NCBI GenBank assembly: GCA_039934295.1
Contig: JBDTMN010000005.1
Coordinates: 921 to 64,920, forward strand
Reading direction: 5' to 3'
DNA length: 64,000 nucleotides
Source: Candidatus Tayloriibacteriota bacterium
GTDB taxonomy: Bacteria > Patescibacteriota > Minisyncoccia > Phycocordibacterales > HO2-43-120
A program made the translations under genes and the position numbers. Under the pieces are notes generated by a model. The model made no database searches. It was not told the DNA's origin and was given only the letters and a program-made list of their open reading frames with translations. Shown here one piece after another: positions 30,344-40,105 of the stretch. Position 1 is the stretch's first letter; each line of letters opens with the position of its first letter.

Positions 30344-30416
30344 TGCGCGCGGAGGGACTCGAACCCCCGACCGATCGAGTATAAGTCGACTGCTCTACCA
30401 ACTGAGCTACGCGCGC
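30344..30416 (-). tRNA. tRNA-Ile (anticodon UAU)
   Basis: Hand-folded cloverleaf: acceptor GCGCGCG/CGCGCGC, D-stem GCTC/GAGC, anticodon loop CTTATAC, T-loop TTCGAGT, discriminator A. No encoded CCA. Confidence 0.65.
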
Positions 30417-30518
30417 TGTAAAATCATACCTTATATCCTATGACTTACAAAGTTTTTGAAAACTCTGCTCCGTAAGGGGCAGAGTTTCTGAATTCTTCTC
30501 GCGCTTTATTTTTTAGTT

Positions 30519-32465
30519 CTACACCTGATGCTCAATATCCTGCTTCTTTTTTGGAATAATTCCGAAAGCGATAATAATCTTTTCGTACTCGTCTTTTTCG
30601 ATCGTTTCTACTTCAATCAACTTCGAGGCAATAGCATCGAGCGCTATTTTGTTGGTATTTAAAATATCCTGCGCCTTCGTTAAAGCTTCGCTCATGATTC
30701 GCGATACTTCGGAATCAATTTCCGCTCCCACCCTCTCCGAATATTCCTTTTCCTCAACGCCACGCCCGAAGAGCACTCTTCCGCCCTCTCCTTCGAGCGC
30801 GACAGGCCCGATTTTGTCGGACATGCCGTACCTGGTGACCATATTGCGAGCAAGCGCAGTCGAGACTTGCAAATCATTCGAAGGACCCGTTGTAATGTCC
30901 CCAAAAATCATTTTCTCTGCCACGTATCCTCCGAGGCTCATTGCAATATCGTCCAGAAATTCTCTTCGCGACTGGAGTTTTCGGTCTTCGAGAGGCAACT
31001 TCAACGTATACCCGGCCGCGCGGCCCCGAGCAATAATCGAAATTTTGTGCACTGGGTCTGCAAAGGGAAGGACCGAAGCGACCAGCGCGTGTCCAGCTTC
31101 GTGATAGGCAGTAATCTCTTTTTCTTTTTTGGAAAGTAAGTGGCTTTTACGCTCGGGGCCGAGCATCACTTTTTCAATCGCCCGAATCAAATCGAATTGC
31201 GCGACTTTTTTTCTGTCTTCCCTCGCCGCAAGGATTGCTCCTTCATTCATCAGAGAATACAAATCCGCTCCGGAAAACCCCGGTGTTCGCTCTCCAATGA
31301 GTTTCAAGTCCACGTCTTCGGCAAAAGGCTTGCCCTTCGCATGAACTTCTAGAATCGCCTCTCGGTCTTTGCGGTCCGGCAAATCAATCGTAACCCTCCG
31401 GTCAAAACGGCCCGGACGAACTAACGCCGGATCCAAAACGTCAGGACGGTTCGTCGCGGCCATCACGATCACTTTCTCATTTTGTTCAAAGCCGTCCATT
31501 TCAACGAGAATTTGGTTCAAGGTTTGTTCGCGCTCGTCGTTGCCTCCGCCCATTCCCGCACCGCGCACCCGTCCGACCGCATCAATTTCATCCATAAAAA
31601 TAATCGCCGGCGCCGCTTTTTTTGCCAGCTGGAAAAGGTCGCGCACTCGCGAAGCCCCCACACCGACAAACATTTCCACAAACTCGGAGCCAGAAATCGA
31701 GAAAAAAGCCACTCCTGCCTCCCCCGCCACGGCTCTCGCTAAAAGAGTTTTTCCTACCCCAGATGGTCCCATCAAAAGCACCCCCTTGGGTATCTTTGCC
31801 CCGATTTCCAAGAATTTTTTCGGATTTTTGAGGAAGTCCACGATTTCCGACAATTCTTCTTTGGCTTCCTTCGTCCCCGCAATATCTTTAAAAGTGACCC
31901 TCTGTTTTTTGTCATGCGGAGAAATAATTCTGGCTTTCGACTGGCCGAAAGAAAGCGCCTGCATGCCTGCGCCTTTCACCTGTCTCGAGAGAAACCAGAC
32001 GATAAAAATGATGAAGAAAATCGGCAAAAGGAACGGCGCGAGATTCACCACCCAGTAGATAAAACCTGACGGAGATTTGATTTCAATTTGGACGCCGGAA
32101 AGCGCGAGGGGAGTGGTGCCATAATTGGAGAGCGTAGCGGTAAGCGAGGCATCAGCTTCTTTTTTGCTTTCCTTTTTCTCCCCTCCTTTGTACACGATGT
32201 TCAATATATCGCCTTCAACAATAATTTTTTCGATTTTTCCCGCGCCGATATCAGTTGCGAGCTCCGAGATAGGAATCGTCGGAACCTTATTCCTCAAATC
32301 TCCAATGAACGAAGAAAAAAGCACTATAATAAAAAGAACCAGCACGGCAGTCGTAATATTGCCCGCAAAGTTATTTTTTGGAGGAAAGGGAATCAGGGGC
32401 TTTTTCCCCTTATTTTTCCTTGCGTCTTTTGATTTTTGCTTATCGTTATTGTTGAAAATATCCAT
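30519..32465 (-). CDS. ftsH: ATP-dependent zinc metalloprotease FtsH
   Basis: AAA+ Walker A GPSGVGKT, second region of homology, HEAGHA zinc motif. The start is placed at MDIFNNN... (ATG at 32463-32465); the ORF track extends to 32558. Confidence 0.9.
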   Translation of the reverse strand: MDIFNNNDKQKSKDARKNKGKKPLIPFPPKNNFAGNITTAVLVLFIIVLFSSFIGDLRNKVPTIPISELATDIGAGKIEKIIVEGDILNIVYKGGEKKESKKEADASLTATLSNYGTTPLALSGVQIEIKSPSGFIYWVVNLAPFLLPIFFIIFIVWFLSRQVKGAGMQALSFGQSKARIISPHDKKQRVTFKDIAGTKEAKEELSEIVDFLKNPKKFLEIGAKIPKGVLLMGPSGVGKTLLARAVAGEAGVAFFSISGSEFVEMFVGVGASRVRDLFQLAKKAAPAIIFMDEIDAVGRVRGAGMGGGNDEREQTLNQILVEMDGFEQNEKVIVMAATNRPDVLDPALVRPGRFDRRVTIDLPDRKDREAILEVHAKGKPFAEDVDLKLIGERTPGFSGADLYSLMNEGAILAAREDRKKVAQFDLIRAIEKVMLGPERKSHLLSKKEKEITAYHEAGHALVASVLPFADPVHKISIIARGRAAGYTLKLPLEDRKLQSRREFLDDIAMSLGGYVAEKMIFGDITTGPSNDLQVSTALARNMVTRYGMSDKIGPVALEGEGGRVLFGRGVEEKEYSERVGAEIDSEVSRIMSEALTKAQDILNTNKIALDAIASKLIEVETIEKDEYEKIIIAFGIIPKKKQDIEHQV

Positions 32466-32554
32466 AGTTATTGGATTGTAACACAAAAGCTTACACGTGT
32501 AACGCTTCCGGAAAAAAGAAAAAGCAGGGTGATTAGGCCTGCTTGTTTTTTTCG

Positions 32555-33445
32555 TCACAGCAACTTGAGCACAACCAATTGGCGTTGGATGTGTCGCGCC
32601 GTTTCCTCGCTTGCTTCAAACATCGGCAAGCGAAGAGTTCCTCTGTCCCACCCTAGCTGTTTCATGGCGCATTTCACTCCAACCGGATTGCCTTCCAAGA
32701 ATAGCGATTTTGTGAATGGAAAGAGCTTCATGTGAATCGCCCTCGCCGAGACGAAGTCTCCTTTTGCTCCGGCCAGCACGAGTTCGCTTACTGCTTCAGG
32801 CACGACATTCGAAACCACACTCACCACTCCGTCCGCTCCGACCGATAGAAATGGTAGGGCAAGCGAGTCGTCGCCACAAAGAATAACGAAATCTTTCCCG
32901 AGCTTCAATCGTAGTTCCGTCACTCGATCGGTGCTCCCACCCGCTTCCTTGATACCCATAATGTTTGGATTGGCTTCGTGAAGCTTGCACACAGTGTCAA
33001 CCAAAATATCCACTCCGCACCTACCGGGAATATTGTAGAGAAAAATCGGCAGTCTGGTCGCCTTTGCCACCGCGTCAAAGTGGGCAAACAGTCCCGCCTG
33101 ACTCGGCTTGTTGTAATAGGGAGCCACCTGGAGCAAAGCGTCTGCGCCTGCCTGTTCTCCCGATTGAGCAAGAAAGATTGCTTCCTTTGTGCAATTTCCT
33201 CCTGTGCCAGCAATTACCTTGACCTTGCGTCCCGCGAATTCTACCGCAGCTTTGATTACATCAATGTGCTCATCAAAATCCAATGTCGGAGATTCCCCTG
33301 TAGTTCCGACCGGGACAATACCCGTGACTCCCCCTGCGATTTGCCGGGAAATTTGTTCGGCAAACCGTCCCCGGTCAAATTGATTTCGATTGTCAAAGGG
33401 CGTAATAAGCGCCGTATAAACACCAGCGAATGTTTCAGGGTACAT
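32555..33445 (-). CDS. dapA: 4-hydroxy-tetrahydrodipicolinate synthase (DHDPS family)
   Basis: GVYTALITPF..., GTTGE and a GIKEAGG active-site Lys context. The start is placed at MYPETFAG (ATG at 33443-33445). Confidence 0.8.
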   Translation of the reverse strand: MYPETFAGVYTALITPFDNRNQFDRGRFAEQISRQIAGGVTGIVPVGTTGESPTLDFDEHIDVIKAAVEFAGRKVKVIAGTGGNCTKEAIFLAQSGEQAGADALLQVAPYYNKPSQAGLFAHFDAVAKATRLPIFLYNIPGRCGVDILVDTVCKLHEANPNIMGIKEAGGSTDRVTELRLKLGKDFVILCGDDSLALPFLSVGADGVVSVVSNVVPEAVSELVLAGAKGDFVSARAIHMKLFPFTKSLFLEGNPVGVKCAMKQLGWDRGTLRLPMFEASEETARHIQRQLVVLKLL

Positions 33446-33793
33446 GAGTGACCTTTCTATTTGTACTATTTTCGAACAGTCTCGCGACTCAAACGAAACA
33501 AGCCCCGCTTTAGGGCTTGTTTTTATCATCATTATGAGTCGGCGTGGGAAATTAATAACAAAAACAAACCCTAAAGTGAGTTGAGATTTTCTTGTCCTTC
33601 TTTACATTTTGTACCTGTATTCGATTCATTGCGTATACTCTATATGAACTCAATAAAATAATCAAGGAGCAATGAGTGTAACGCGCAGCGTGTAACGTGT
33701 AACGTCTGAGAAAAACAATTACCTTTCCTCTCATGTTGCACTTCTGATTCCATGCATTTTGCGCTACACTTCAGATACTGTTATGATTTTTCC

Positions 33794-34240
33794 ATGCAAA
33801 GTCTTATCGAAAACAAACGAATACACCTCGATTACGAAATCCTGGAAAAATTCGATGCGGGCATCGAGCTTTTTGGCTTTGAAGTAAAATCTCTCAAAAA
33901 CAGACTTGGGTCTCTCTTGGGCGCCCATGTAACGATACGAGGCGGCGAAGCATATGTTATTAATTCTTTTATCCCAGCATACCAAGAAAAAAATGCTCCA
34001 AAAGAGTATGACCCAAGGCGCAATCGCAGGCTTTTGCTTACCCGAAATGAGATCGAGCGCCTCGCCGAGATTGAAGGAAAAAAGGGGTTGACAATAGTAC
34101 CAGTTTCGGTATATAATAAAGAGCGTAAGATAAAGGTAAGTATAGCCGTCGTAAGAGGCAAGAAGAAATACGACAAACGGGAGGATTTGAAAAAGAAGCA
34201 GTCAGAGAGAGACATACGCAGAGAACATAAAGAACGTTGA
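33794..34240 (+). CDS. smpB: SsrA-binding protein SmpB
   Basis: IENKRIHLDYEILEKFDAGIELFGFEVKS... with the typical SmpB N-terminus and basic C-terminal tail. Confidence 0.9.
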   Translation: MQSLIENKRIHLDYEILEKFDAGIELFGFEVKSLKNRLGSLLGAHVTIRGGEAYVINSFIPAYQEKNAPKEYDPRRNRRLLLTRNEIERLAEIEGKKGLTIVPVSVYNKERKIKVSIAVVRGKKKYDKREDLKKKQSERDIRREHKER

Positions 34241-34245
34241 AAAAT

Positions 34246-34650
34246 GGGGATGATCGGTCTAGACAGCTGATTTACTCTCAAATATGCAAAGTAGAGCACC
34301 GTTACCTCTTAAATCTGACGGAAATTCTAAGCGCAAAAAACTTAGTTACAAGAGCAAAATTAGCCGTTTCTCCCTATTTTAGGGCAAACGACTTTGCTTT
34401 CGCTTACGCTTTAGCCTAAGCGACGCTTCATATCCCAACTTCCGATAGGGATACGTAAGTGTAATATATTCGGAATGGGATAGATGGTCGTCTCGCTCTC
34501 TATCCGAAACTAAGAGACTCGATCACTACATATTTTGTTTGCTTTAAGCGCAGTGATTTAAATCTGCTTCGGCAGGAAAAAACAGACTACACTTTGTAGA
34601 AATATTAGAGAGCGTCAGTTGCACCCGAGTTCGATTCTCGGCATCTCCAC
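34246..34650 (+). ncRNA. ssrA: tmRNA (ssrA), tag peptide ANDFAFAYALA
   Basis: 5' GGGGATG pairs with 3' CATCTCC+A. T-arm GAGTTCGATTCTC. Internal reading frame GCAAACGACTTTGCTTTCGCTTACGCTTTAGCCTAA. Directly follows smpB. Confidence 0.8.
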
Positions 34651-34669
34651 AAAAATAACGAGCTCTCTT

Positions 34670-34786
34670 AGAGCGACTATATTTTTGTAGGACTCAGTTT
34701 TCGTTTCGAAAACGGAGTATCACAAAAGAGCGACTATATTTTTGTAGGACTCAGTTTTTGTCTTCAAAAACTGAATATCACAAAAT
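34670..34786 (+). repeat. two tandem ~57-nt repeats, each with a hairpin
   Basis: AGAGCGACTATATTTTTGTAGGACTCAGTTTT(c/t)G...CACAAA occurs twice. Confidence 0.7.
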
Positions 34787-34818
34787 AAAATCACCCCTGC
34801 AGGGGTGATTTTATTTTG
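34787..34818. terminator. intrinsic terminator (AAAATCACCCCTGCAGGGGTGATTTTATTTT)
   Basis: Perfect GC-rich stem flanked by A and T runs between convergent transcription units. Confidence 0.75.
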
Positions 34819-34953
34819 TGATAGACGTTTCTCCCCTTGCAATAAATCGGTCTGAATTTAACCCTCGAATCTAAATTTACAATCACAATCTATTTCTTCC
34901 GATTCTGCCATCCCAGTAGTAGAGCGAAGCTCACTACGGAGCAAGCTTTTAAA

Positions 34954-35907
34954 CTATTTATTTTTTCGGTTTTGCCAACGTTCAACTGTAACTAACAAGG
35001 GACTCCCTAAGAAAATCGACGAATAGGTTCCGACGGCAATACCAACAATTAAGACAAGAGAAAAATGTTGAGTAACTTCCGCGCCAACAAAATAGAGGAC
35101 AATGAGTGCCAAGAGAGTCGTCAAAGATGTGTTGATTGAACGGGTAAATGTCTGGCTTATGCTTTCCCCAACAACGGTTTCAAATGCTTTCTTCTGCTTA
35201 TGCTCATGATTTAATCTCAAATTTTCTCGAACTCGGTCAAACACGACAATCGTATCGTGAATGGAAAAACCTAAGACGACCAGGAGCGCGGTCACAAACA
35301 GCGTATCAACCTCGTAACCCAAAAAATGCCCGAGAACAACGAACACGCCGGTAGGAATCGCCACATCGTGGAAGAGAGCGAGAATAGCGATGATTCCGTA
35401 CTTCCATGAAGAAACCCGTCCGACCGTGTCATCCGGGCGGACCGGCTCCGATACCTTCCTGAAAGCAAAAGTGATAAAAAGAACAATACAGAGAAGGACG
35501 AACACAATCGACACGAGAGCCTTATTGGCCGCTTCACGGCCGAGGAGAGGTCCGATAGTGTTAAAACGCTTTTCGATAAATGGCTTGGTGTTCCCAAAAG
35601 AGAGAGTTTTGATTATTGAGACATGCTCTTTTTCCTCAATGGTTTTCATGCGCATAATGTAGCCCTTATCACCGGTGGGACGGATGTTTTCATTCAAAGA
35701 CATCGGAGCAAGCGCTGTATGAATTTCGTCCACAGATGGCCGGTTCTCCCTGTATTCAACTTCGAGAATCGTCCCCCCTTTGAAATCCACACCCAAGGTA
35801 AGCCCCCACGAAAAAAGCAAAACGATGGAGGCCAAAACCAAAAGCCCGGAGATGGTGTAAAATATTTTTCTGTATTTAACTATGAACATGATTATTAGAG
35901 ATACCAA
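34954..35907 (-). CDS. secF: protein translocase subunit SecF
   Basis: SecD/SecF C-terminal 6-TM domain with FSIHDTIVVFDRVRE. Confidence 0.9.
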   Translation of the reverse strand: MVSLIIMFIVKYRKIFYTISGLLVLASIVLLFSWGLTLGVDFKGGTILEVEYRENRPSVDEIHTALAPMSLNENIRPTGDKGYIMRMKTIEEKEHVSIIKTLSFGNTKPFIEKRFNTIGPLLGREAANKALVSIVFVLLCIVLFITFAFRKVSEPVRPDDTVGRVSSWKYGIIAILALFHDVAIPTGVFVVLGHFLGYEVDTLFVTALLVVLGFSIHDTIVVFDRVRENLRLNHEHKQKKAFETVVGESISQTFTRSINTSLTTLLALIVLYFVGAEVTQHFSLVLIVGIAVGTYSSIFLGSPLLVTVERWQNRKNK

Positions 35908-36009
35908 TATACGAATAAATACCTAATATACAAATGGTTACGAATAAGAAATTAGATTTAGATTATTAGTATTCATTGGTATATCGCATTCATTAGTATA
36001 TTTGTATGT

Positions 36010-37338
36010 TTACCTTCGAAATCCATTCCCGAATAAAAATCTCGCTGCCCTGCCGTCTTTCCATTGGATGGCCTTCAGGAATGTGCGGGAGACGGTGATT
36101 GCGGTGAACATGGAGACCAGGACGCCAATTCCGAAAACCAAGGCAAATCCTTTAATAATGGAAGTGGATGCAAACATAAAAAGAATGGTGGCAGTAATAA
36201 TGCTCGAAAGGTTGCTGTCACGGATGGAAAGCCACGCTCTTTTGAATCCTTCGTCAATCGCATCGTGGAGATTTTTCCCCCGCTTCAATTCTTCCTTCAT
36301 TCTTTCGAATATGAGAATGTTCGCGTCCACCGCCATACCGATGGAAAGAATAAATCCGGCAATTCCGGCGGCGGTTAAGGTTACCGGAATCAGCTTGAAA
36401 AGCGCAAGGTTCAAAATCGTGTAAATAATGAGTGCGCACGAGGCAATCACTCCCGGCAAACGATACCAAATAATCAAGAAAAGTACGATGACCAAAAAGG
36501 CGATAATTCCCGCTCGCACGCCCGCCGTCTTTGCTTCTTCACCGAGCGAGGCGCCGATGGTTTGCGTAGAAATAAGCTCAATCGGCACCGGCAGTGCTCC
36601 ATAATTTAAGTCGCGAACAAGAAGTTTTGCTTCTTCTGGCGTGAAGCTACCGGTAATCTGGGCTTTACCCGAGACGATTTCATCTCGAATGACTGGGCTT
36701 GAAATTATTTTTCCATCAAGAAATATCGCCAGGACCTTTCCAATATTTTCTTTAGTGATTTTAGCGAACAACGTTGACCCTTCATCATTGAAGACCAGAG
36801 ATACTATGGGCTCGTTGGTTCGGGGCTCGAATTCCAATTGAGATCTCTCAAGGAGTCTTCCGGTAAGACCGGTACTCGTAAAAAGATCGGCAGGTGTGGT
36901 AGAAGAATTTGATTTGCTTGCTGCTTTCGCCACTTCTTCATTCAAAAGTTTAAATTCCAAAACGGGCGTCTTCCCGATGAGTTCAATCGCCTTCCCGACA
37001 TCGGAAATTCCAGGCAACTCAACGATGAGTTTGTGCTCTTCCTTTCCGCTAAAAGACCCCCCTTCAACCTCCACTAGTGGCTCGGATACGCCGAACAAAT
37101 TGACCCTCGTTTCAATCACGTCCCGAAGGGCTTCCATAGAACTCCCCACGTCGCCTGCGCCAATTTCTGATACATCAGCACGATACACCAGATGGCTTCC
37201 GCCGGAGAGGTCGAGGCCCAGTTTAAAAGGAAATCCTGAAACAACCGATTGCGTGTTCACTTCAGATGAGTACACAAAAAAGCCGAGAAACGCTCCCGCC
37301 AAAAGAAGAACTAGAGCCATGATTCTGATTCGCGCCAT
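36010..37338 (-). CDS. secD: protein translocase subunit SecD
   Basis: LGLDLSGGSHLVY and the 6-TM C-terminal domain. Confidence 0.9.
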   Translation of the reverse strand: MARIRIMALVLLLAGAFLGFFVYSSEVNTQSVVSGFPFKLGLDLSGGSHLVYRADVSEIGAGDVGSSMEALRDVIETRVNLFGVSEPLVEVEGGSFSGKEEHKLIVELPGISDVGKAIELIGKTPVLEFKLLNEEVAKAASKSNSSTTPADLFTSTGLTGRLLERSQLEFEPRTNEPIVSLVFNDEGSTLFAKITKENIGKVLAIFLDGKIISSPVIRDEIVSGKAQITGSFTPEEAKLLVRDLNYGALPVPIELISTQTIGASLGEEAKTAGVRAGIIAFLVIVLFLIIWYRLPGVIASCALIIYTILNLALFKLIPVTLTAAGIAGFILSIGMAVDANILIFERMKEELKRGKNLHDAIDEGFKRAWLSIRDSNLSSIITATILFMFASTSIIKGFALVFGIGVLVSMFTAITVSRTFLKAIQWKDGRAARFLFGNGFRR

Positions 37339-37573
37339 AAAATTAAATCATCTGACTTGCCATATTGATATCGGAATTATAGGGATTTTAGGAGAAAAAG
37401 CAACCGCATTCGTGTAATGTAAAACGTGTGAAGCGACGCACTTTAAGTTGGCTAATTCCAGAAATAACCCCACTTGCTGTTCACGAGCTCAGCGCCTTTT
37501 TGATGACCTTTCCGGGTTTCATCTGGACTCGTCCCTAATCACATTATACTATTTTTTCCGGATTTCCCACTTC

Positions 37574-38905
37574 TTATTTCTTGTAGCGACTTACCGAAGA
37601 ATCTTCAGGAAGAGGTAGCGAAGACTTTATAGTATCAATAAGCTGTTCTTTTTTCATGTTCATTTCATTGTTGAGCGCATGGGCTCTTTTATCTAGTCCC
37701 ATAACAAGACCGGTCATTCTTTGCTTTCTTTCATTGCTCTGATAAATCCAGGTGACAATATTTTTTTGATGTCCAACAAGATTATATTTACTTCCGTCAC
37801 CCTCGAATTGAGAGGGTAGTTCAACTGGTGTTCCGTACCAGGCAAAATTTAAGGCGTCCCTAAAACGCATTTCTGCACGATCTAGATCGGTTAGTCCATG
37901 GATAAGAGCTTCCCCACCTTGAGACGGATTCCAGATTTTAGAATGAACAATCTTCATTTCATTTAACAGTCTTCGCTGTTCTTCTCGATCCCGATTTTGC
38001 TTTTCTTCTTTTTTAATCCAATATGTTTTCCCCATGAGATCGTCGAACTGCTGATGCAACAGGGAGTAGTTTTTAAGAAATTCTTTTCCTTGAGGTGTGT
38101 CCCCCTTTAACATCGAAGTCCATTTGTCGTATTCGCGTATAAGTGATGAAGCGGCGTCCTCTAATCTCTTTGATTCTTCTTCTACAGCTTTTTTCTGAAT
38201 TAACTCGATTTGTTGCTCGTATTTTTCTTGGCTTTCAGCGTTCCGTCTCACTCTCTCCTCGGTTACCGCCTGTCTCAATTCTGGTTCCGCCACCCCCAGA
38301 GTCGTGTCAGGACGTTCGGGTAGTTTTTTGGACTCAAGAACTTGTTTTGTCCCAAACTCATAGGCGTCTTGAGCCGCCATATCTTGCTCTGATGCGAAAC
38401 CTTTCCACTTTTTAGCCGATTCCTCGTCTTTCTGATAAAGCTGGCTTTTTTGAGATTGCAATTCTATTTTTTTTGTTTCGATATCTTCTTTTATTTTAAC
38501 AAGTGCCCCCTTTGCTTCCACGAGTATTTCTTTCGACGCAAACTCTCCCAGTTCTACCATAGTTTTTTCTAATTGAATCGCCTCTTTTTCTTTTTCTCTG
38601 ATGGAATTACTCAATTCCCATAATGCGCCTTCATCGCGATGTTTTCTGAGCTCCTTTTCATATGCATCGGGCATTTTGCCTACTTGCGAAGACCCATGCA
38701 TCATTTTACCCGTCGCTCTTGAAAGTTTTTCATTCCCTTCAGCCATTGTGACTGCTTCTAGTGCCATGCGTTTTAGATGAGCTCGATGCGTTTCATCTTT
38801 TGTTTCTTTTGTTTGCCGTGCCCCCTCCGCCGACTCTTTAAGCTTTTGTATGAGCTCCGCTACATTTGGAGTCTCCGAAGGAAAATTTTTTTCAATATTC
38901 GACAT
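37574..38905 (-). CDS. hypothetical charged coiled-coil protein
   Basis: 443 aa, E/K/Q-rich with heptad-like character, no catalytic motif. Confidence 0.4.
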   Translation of the reverse strand: MSNIEKNFPSETPNVAELIQKLKESAEGARQTKETKDETHRAHLKRMALEAVTMAEGNEKLSRATGKMMHGSSQVGKMPDAYEKELRKHRDEGALWELSNSIREKEKEAIQLEKTMVELGEFASKEILVEAKGALVKIKEDIETKKIELQSQKSQLYQKDEESAKKWKGFASEQDMAAQDAYEFGTKQVLESKKLPERPDTTLGVAEPELRQAVTEERVRRNAESQEKYEQQIELIQKKAVEEESKRLEDAASSLIREYDKWTSMLKGDTPQGKEFLKNYSLLHQQFDDLMGKTYWIKKEEKQNRDREEQRRLLNEMKIVHSKIWNPSQGGEALIHGLTDLDRAEMRFRDALNFAWYGTPVELPSQFEGDGSKYNLVGHQKNIVTWIYQSNERKQRMTGLVMGLDKRAHALNNEMNMKKEQLIDTIKSSLPLPEDSSVSRYKK

Positions 38906-39108
38906 AATAGTTTTTTATTCTGATAATGACTAATTAATTTCTTTTTTTAGGCGTTACTGATACAAGTAGTGCATTGCGCTCTATCGTCAGTACTTCGCGA
39001 GAGAATGGGCCGTTTTCAAAACTTTTTTTCATACATTGTGATTCGTGTTTTCTAGTAATGAATCCTAATTATAATGTAATGTATCTGCGTTTCCTAACTG
39101 CTGAACCC

Positions 39109-40029
39109 CTACATTTTCTTCAACTCCTCAATTCCCTCCTCAAACTTTATTTCGGGCGTCCAGCCAAGAAGTTTCTTCGCCAGCGCTGTGTCCGCAAGTG
39201 TGTTTTTTGGCTCGAGGCGGGCGGGAATAAACTTTACCGCACCTCCGATAATCTCGGCAACTTGGAGCACCGATCGGTTTTTTCCCCCACCCACATTGAT
39301 TACTTCCCCTCTCCCTACTCGGGTACTTTCCATCGAAAGCAAGTTCGCCCGAACCACATCACGAACATGAGTGAAATCTCGCGTCTGCTTGCCATCTCCT
39401 GTTATGGTCATCGGTTTCCCTTCGCTTTTCAGTTTCAAAAACTTGGCAACCACTAAAGCATACGCTCCCTCATGGCTCTGTCTCGGACCATAGACGTTGA
39501 AATAGCGGAGTGACACAGTTGGCAGTTTGTAGACCTCGCTCCAGAGCTTCATATACAACTCGCCAATATATTTCTGAAGACCGTACGGACTTTTGGGGTT
39601 GGCAATCATCTTCTCCTTCAAGGGCAAAGTTTTCTGGTCTCCGTATGCCGAGCTCGAAGCGGAATAGATAACTCTTTTTATCTTGTGCTTATGCGAAGCG
39701 ATAAGGACATTCAAAGTCCCTCCGACATTTGCTTCATTGGTCTCGCTCGGATGCTCGATCGAAAACTGAACGCGGGGAAGTGCGGCAAGATGAAAAACGT
39801 ATTCCGCATTCTTGAAAATCGGGTCAATGCCCGCCAAATCAGTGATATTTTTGTTGTGAAAAATAGCTTCCGAATTTACATTTACTTTTTTTCCTTGAGA
39901 AAGATCGTCAATGACATGAACTTCAAAACCGCGCTCGAGAAGCGCGTCCGAGAGATGCGACCCGATGAATCCGGCTCCGCCGGTGACTATTACTTTTACT
40001 TTTTTCATATTTTTAGTACGAAATATCAA
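39109..40029 (-). CDS. NAD-dependent epimerase/dehydratase (SDR family)
   Basis: Rossmann motif TGGAGFIGSHL and a YxxxK context; the start may be the Met of MKKVKVIV. Confidence 0.8.
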   Translation of the reverse strand: MIFRTKNMKKVKVIVTGGAGFIGSHLSDALLERGFEVHVIDDLSQGKKVNVNSEAIFHNKNITDLAGIDPIFKNAEYVFHLAALPRVQFSIEHPSETNEANVGGTLNVLIASHKHKIKRVIYSASSSAYGDQKTLPLKEKMIANPKSPYGLQKYIGELYMKLWSEVYKLPTVSLRYFNVYGPRQSHEGAYALVVAKFLKLKSEGKPMTITGDGKQTRDFTHVRDVVRANLLSMESTRVGRGEVINVGGGKNRSVLQVAEIIGGAVKFIPARLEPKNTLADTALAKKLLGWTPEIKFEEGIEELKKM

Positions 40030-40032
40030 TTA

Positions 40033-40105
40033 TTCCTGGATCCCTCGATTAATCTGGATCCCCGTCTTCACGGGGATGACGAAATAAGAATTTCGTCACT
40101 TCCCT
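40033..40105. repeat. two-hairpin repeat module, copy 2
   Basis: CTGGATCCCCGTCTTCACGGGGATGACGAAATAAGAATTTCGTCACTT. Confidence 0.7.

Noticed and set aside
30124-30384. 86-aa ORF overlapping the tRNA-Ile gene and its 3'-end duplicate
   Set aside because: It overlaps a confidently folded tRNA on the opposite strand, and its Arg/Gly-rich translation follows from the GC-rich tRNA sequence.
30649-32481. Plus-strand ORFs (151, 229 and 118 aa) across ftsH
   Set aside because: Antisense to the highly conserved ftsH; low-complexity Ser/Pro/Arg-rich translations.
32088-32481. Possible alternative, longer N-terminus for FtsH, starting at 32558 and overlapping dapA by 4 bp
   Set aside because: The extension (MTKKTSRPNHPAFSFFRKRYTCKLLCYNPIT) is non-conserved, starts at TTG or ATGA, and would cover the heptamer-repeat promoter-like block at 32476-32506. 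The ATG at 32465 (MDIFNNN) gives a typical FtsH N-terminus.
34670-34786. Tandem repeats checked as a possible CRISPR array (also 58867-58975)
   Set aside because: Only two units each, no unique spacers of regular length and no cas genes nearby: tandem duplications, not CRISPR.
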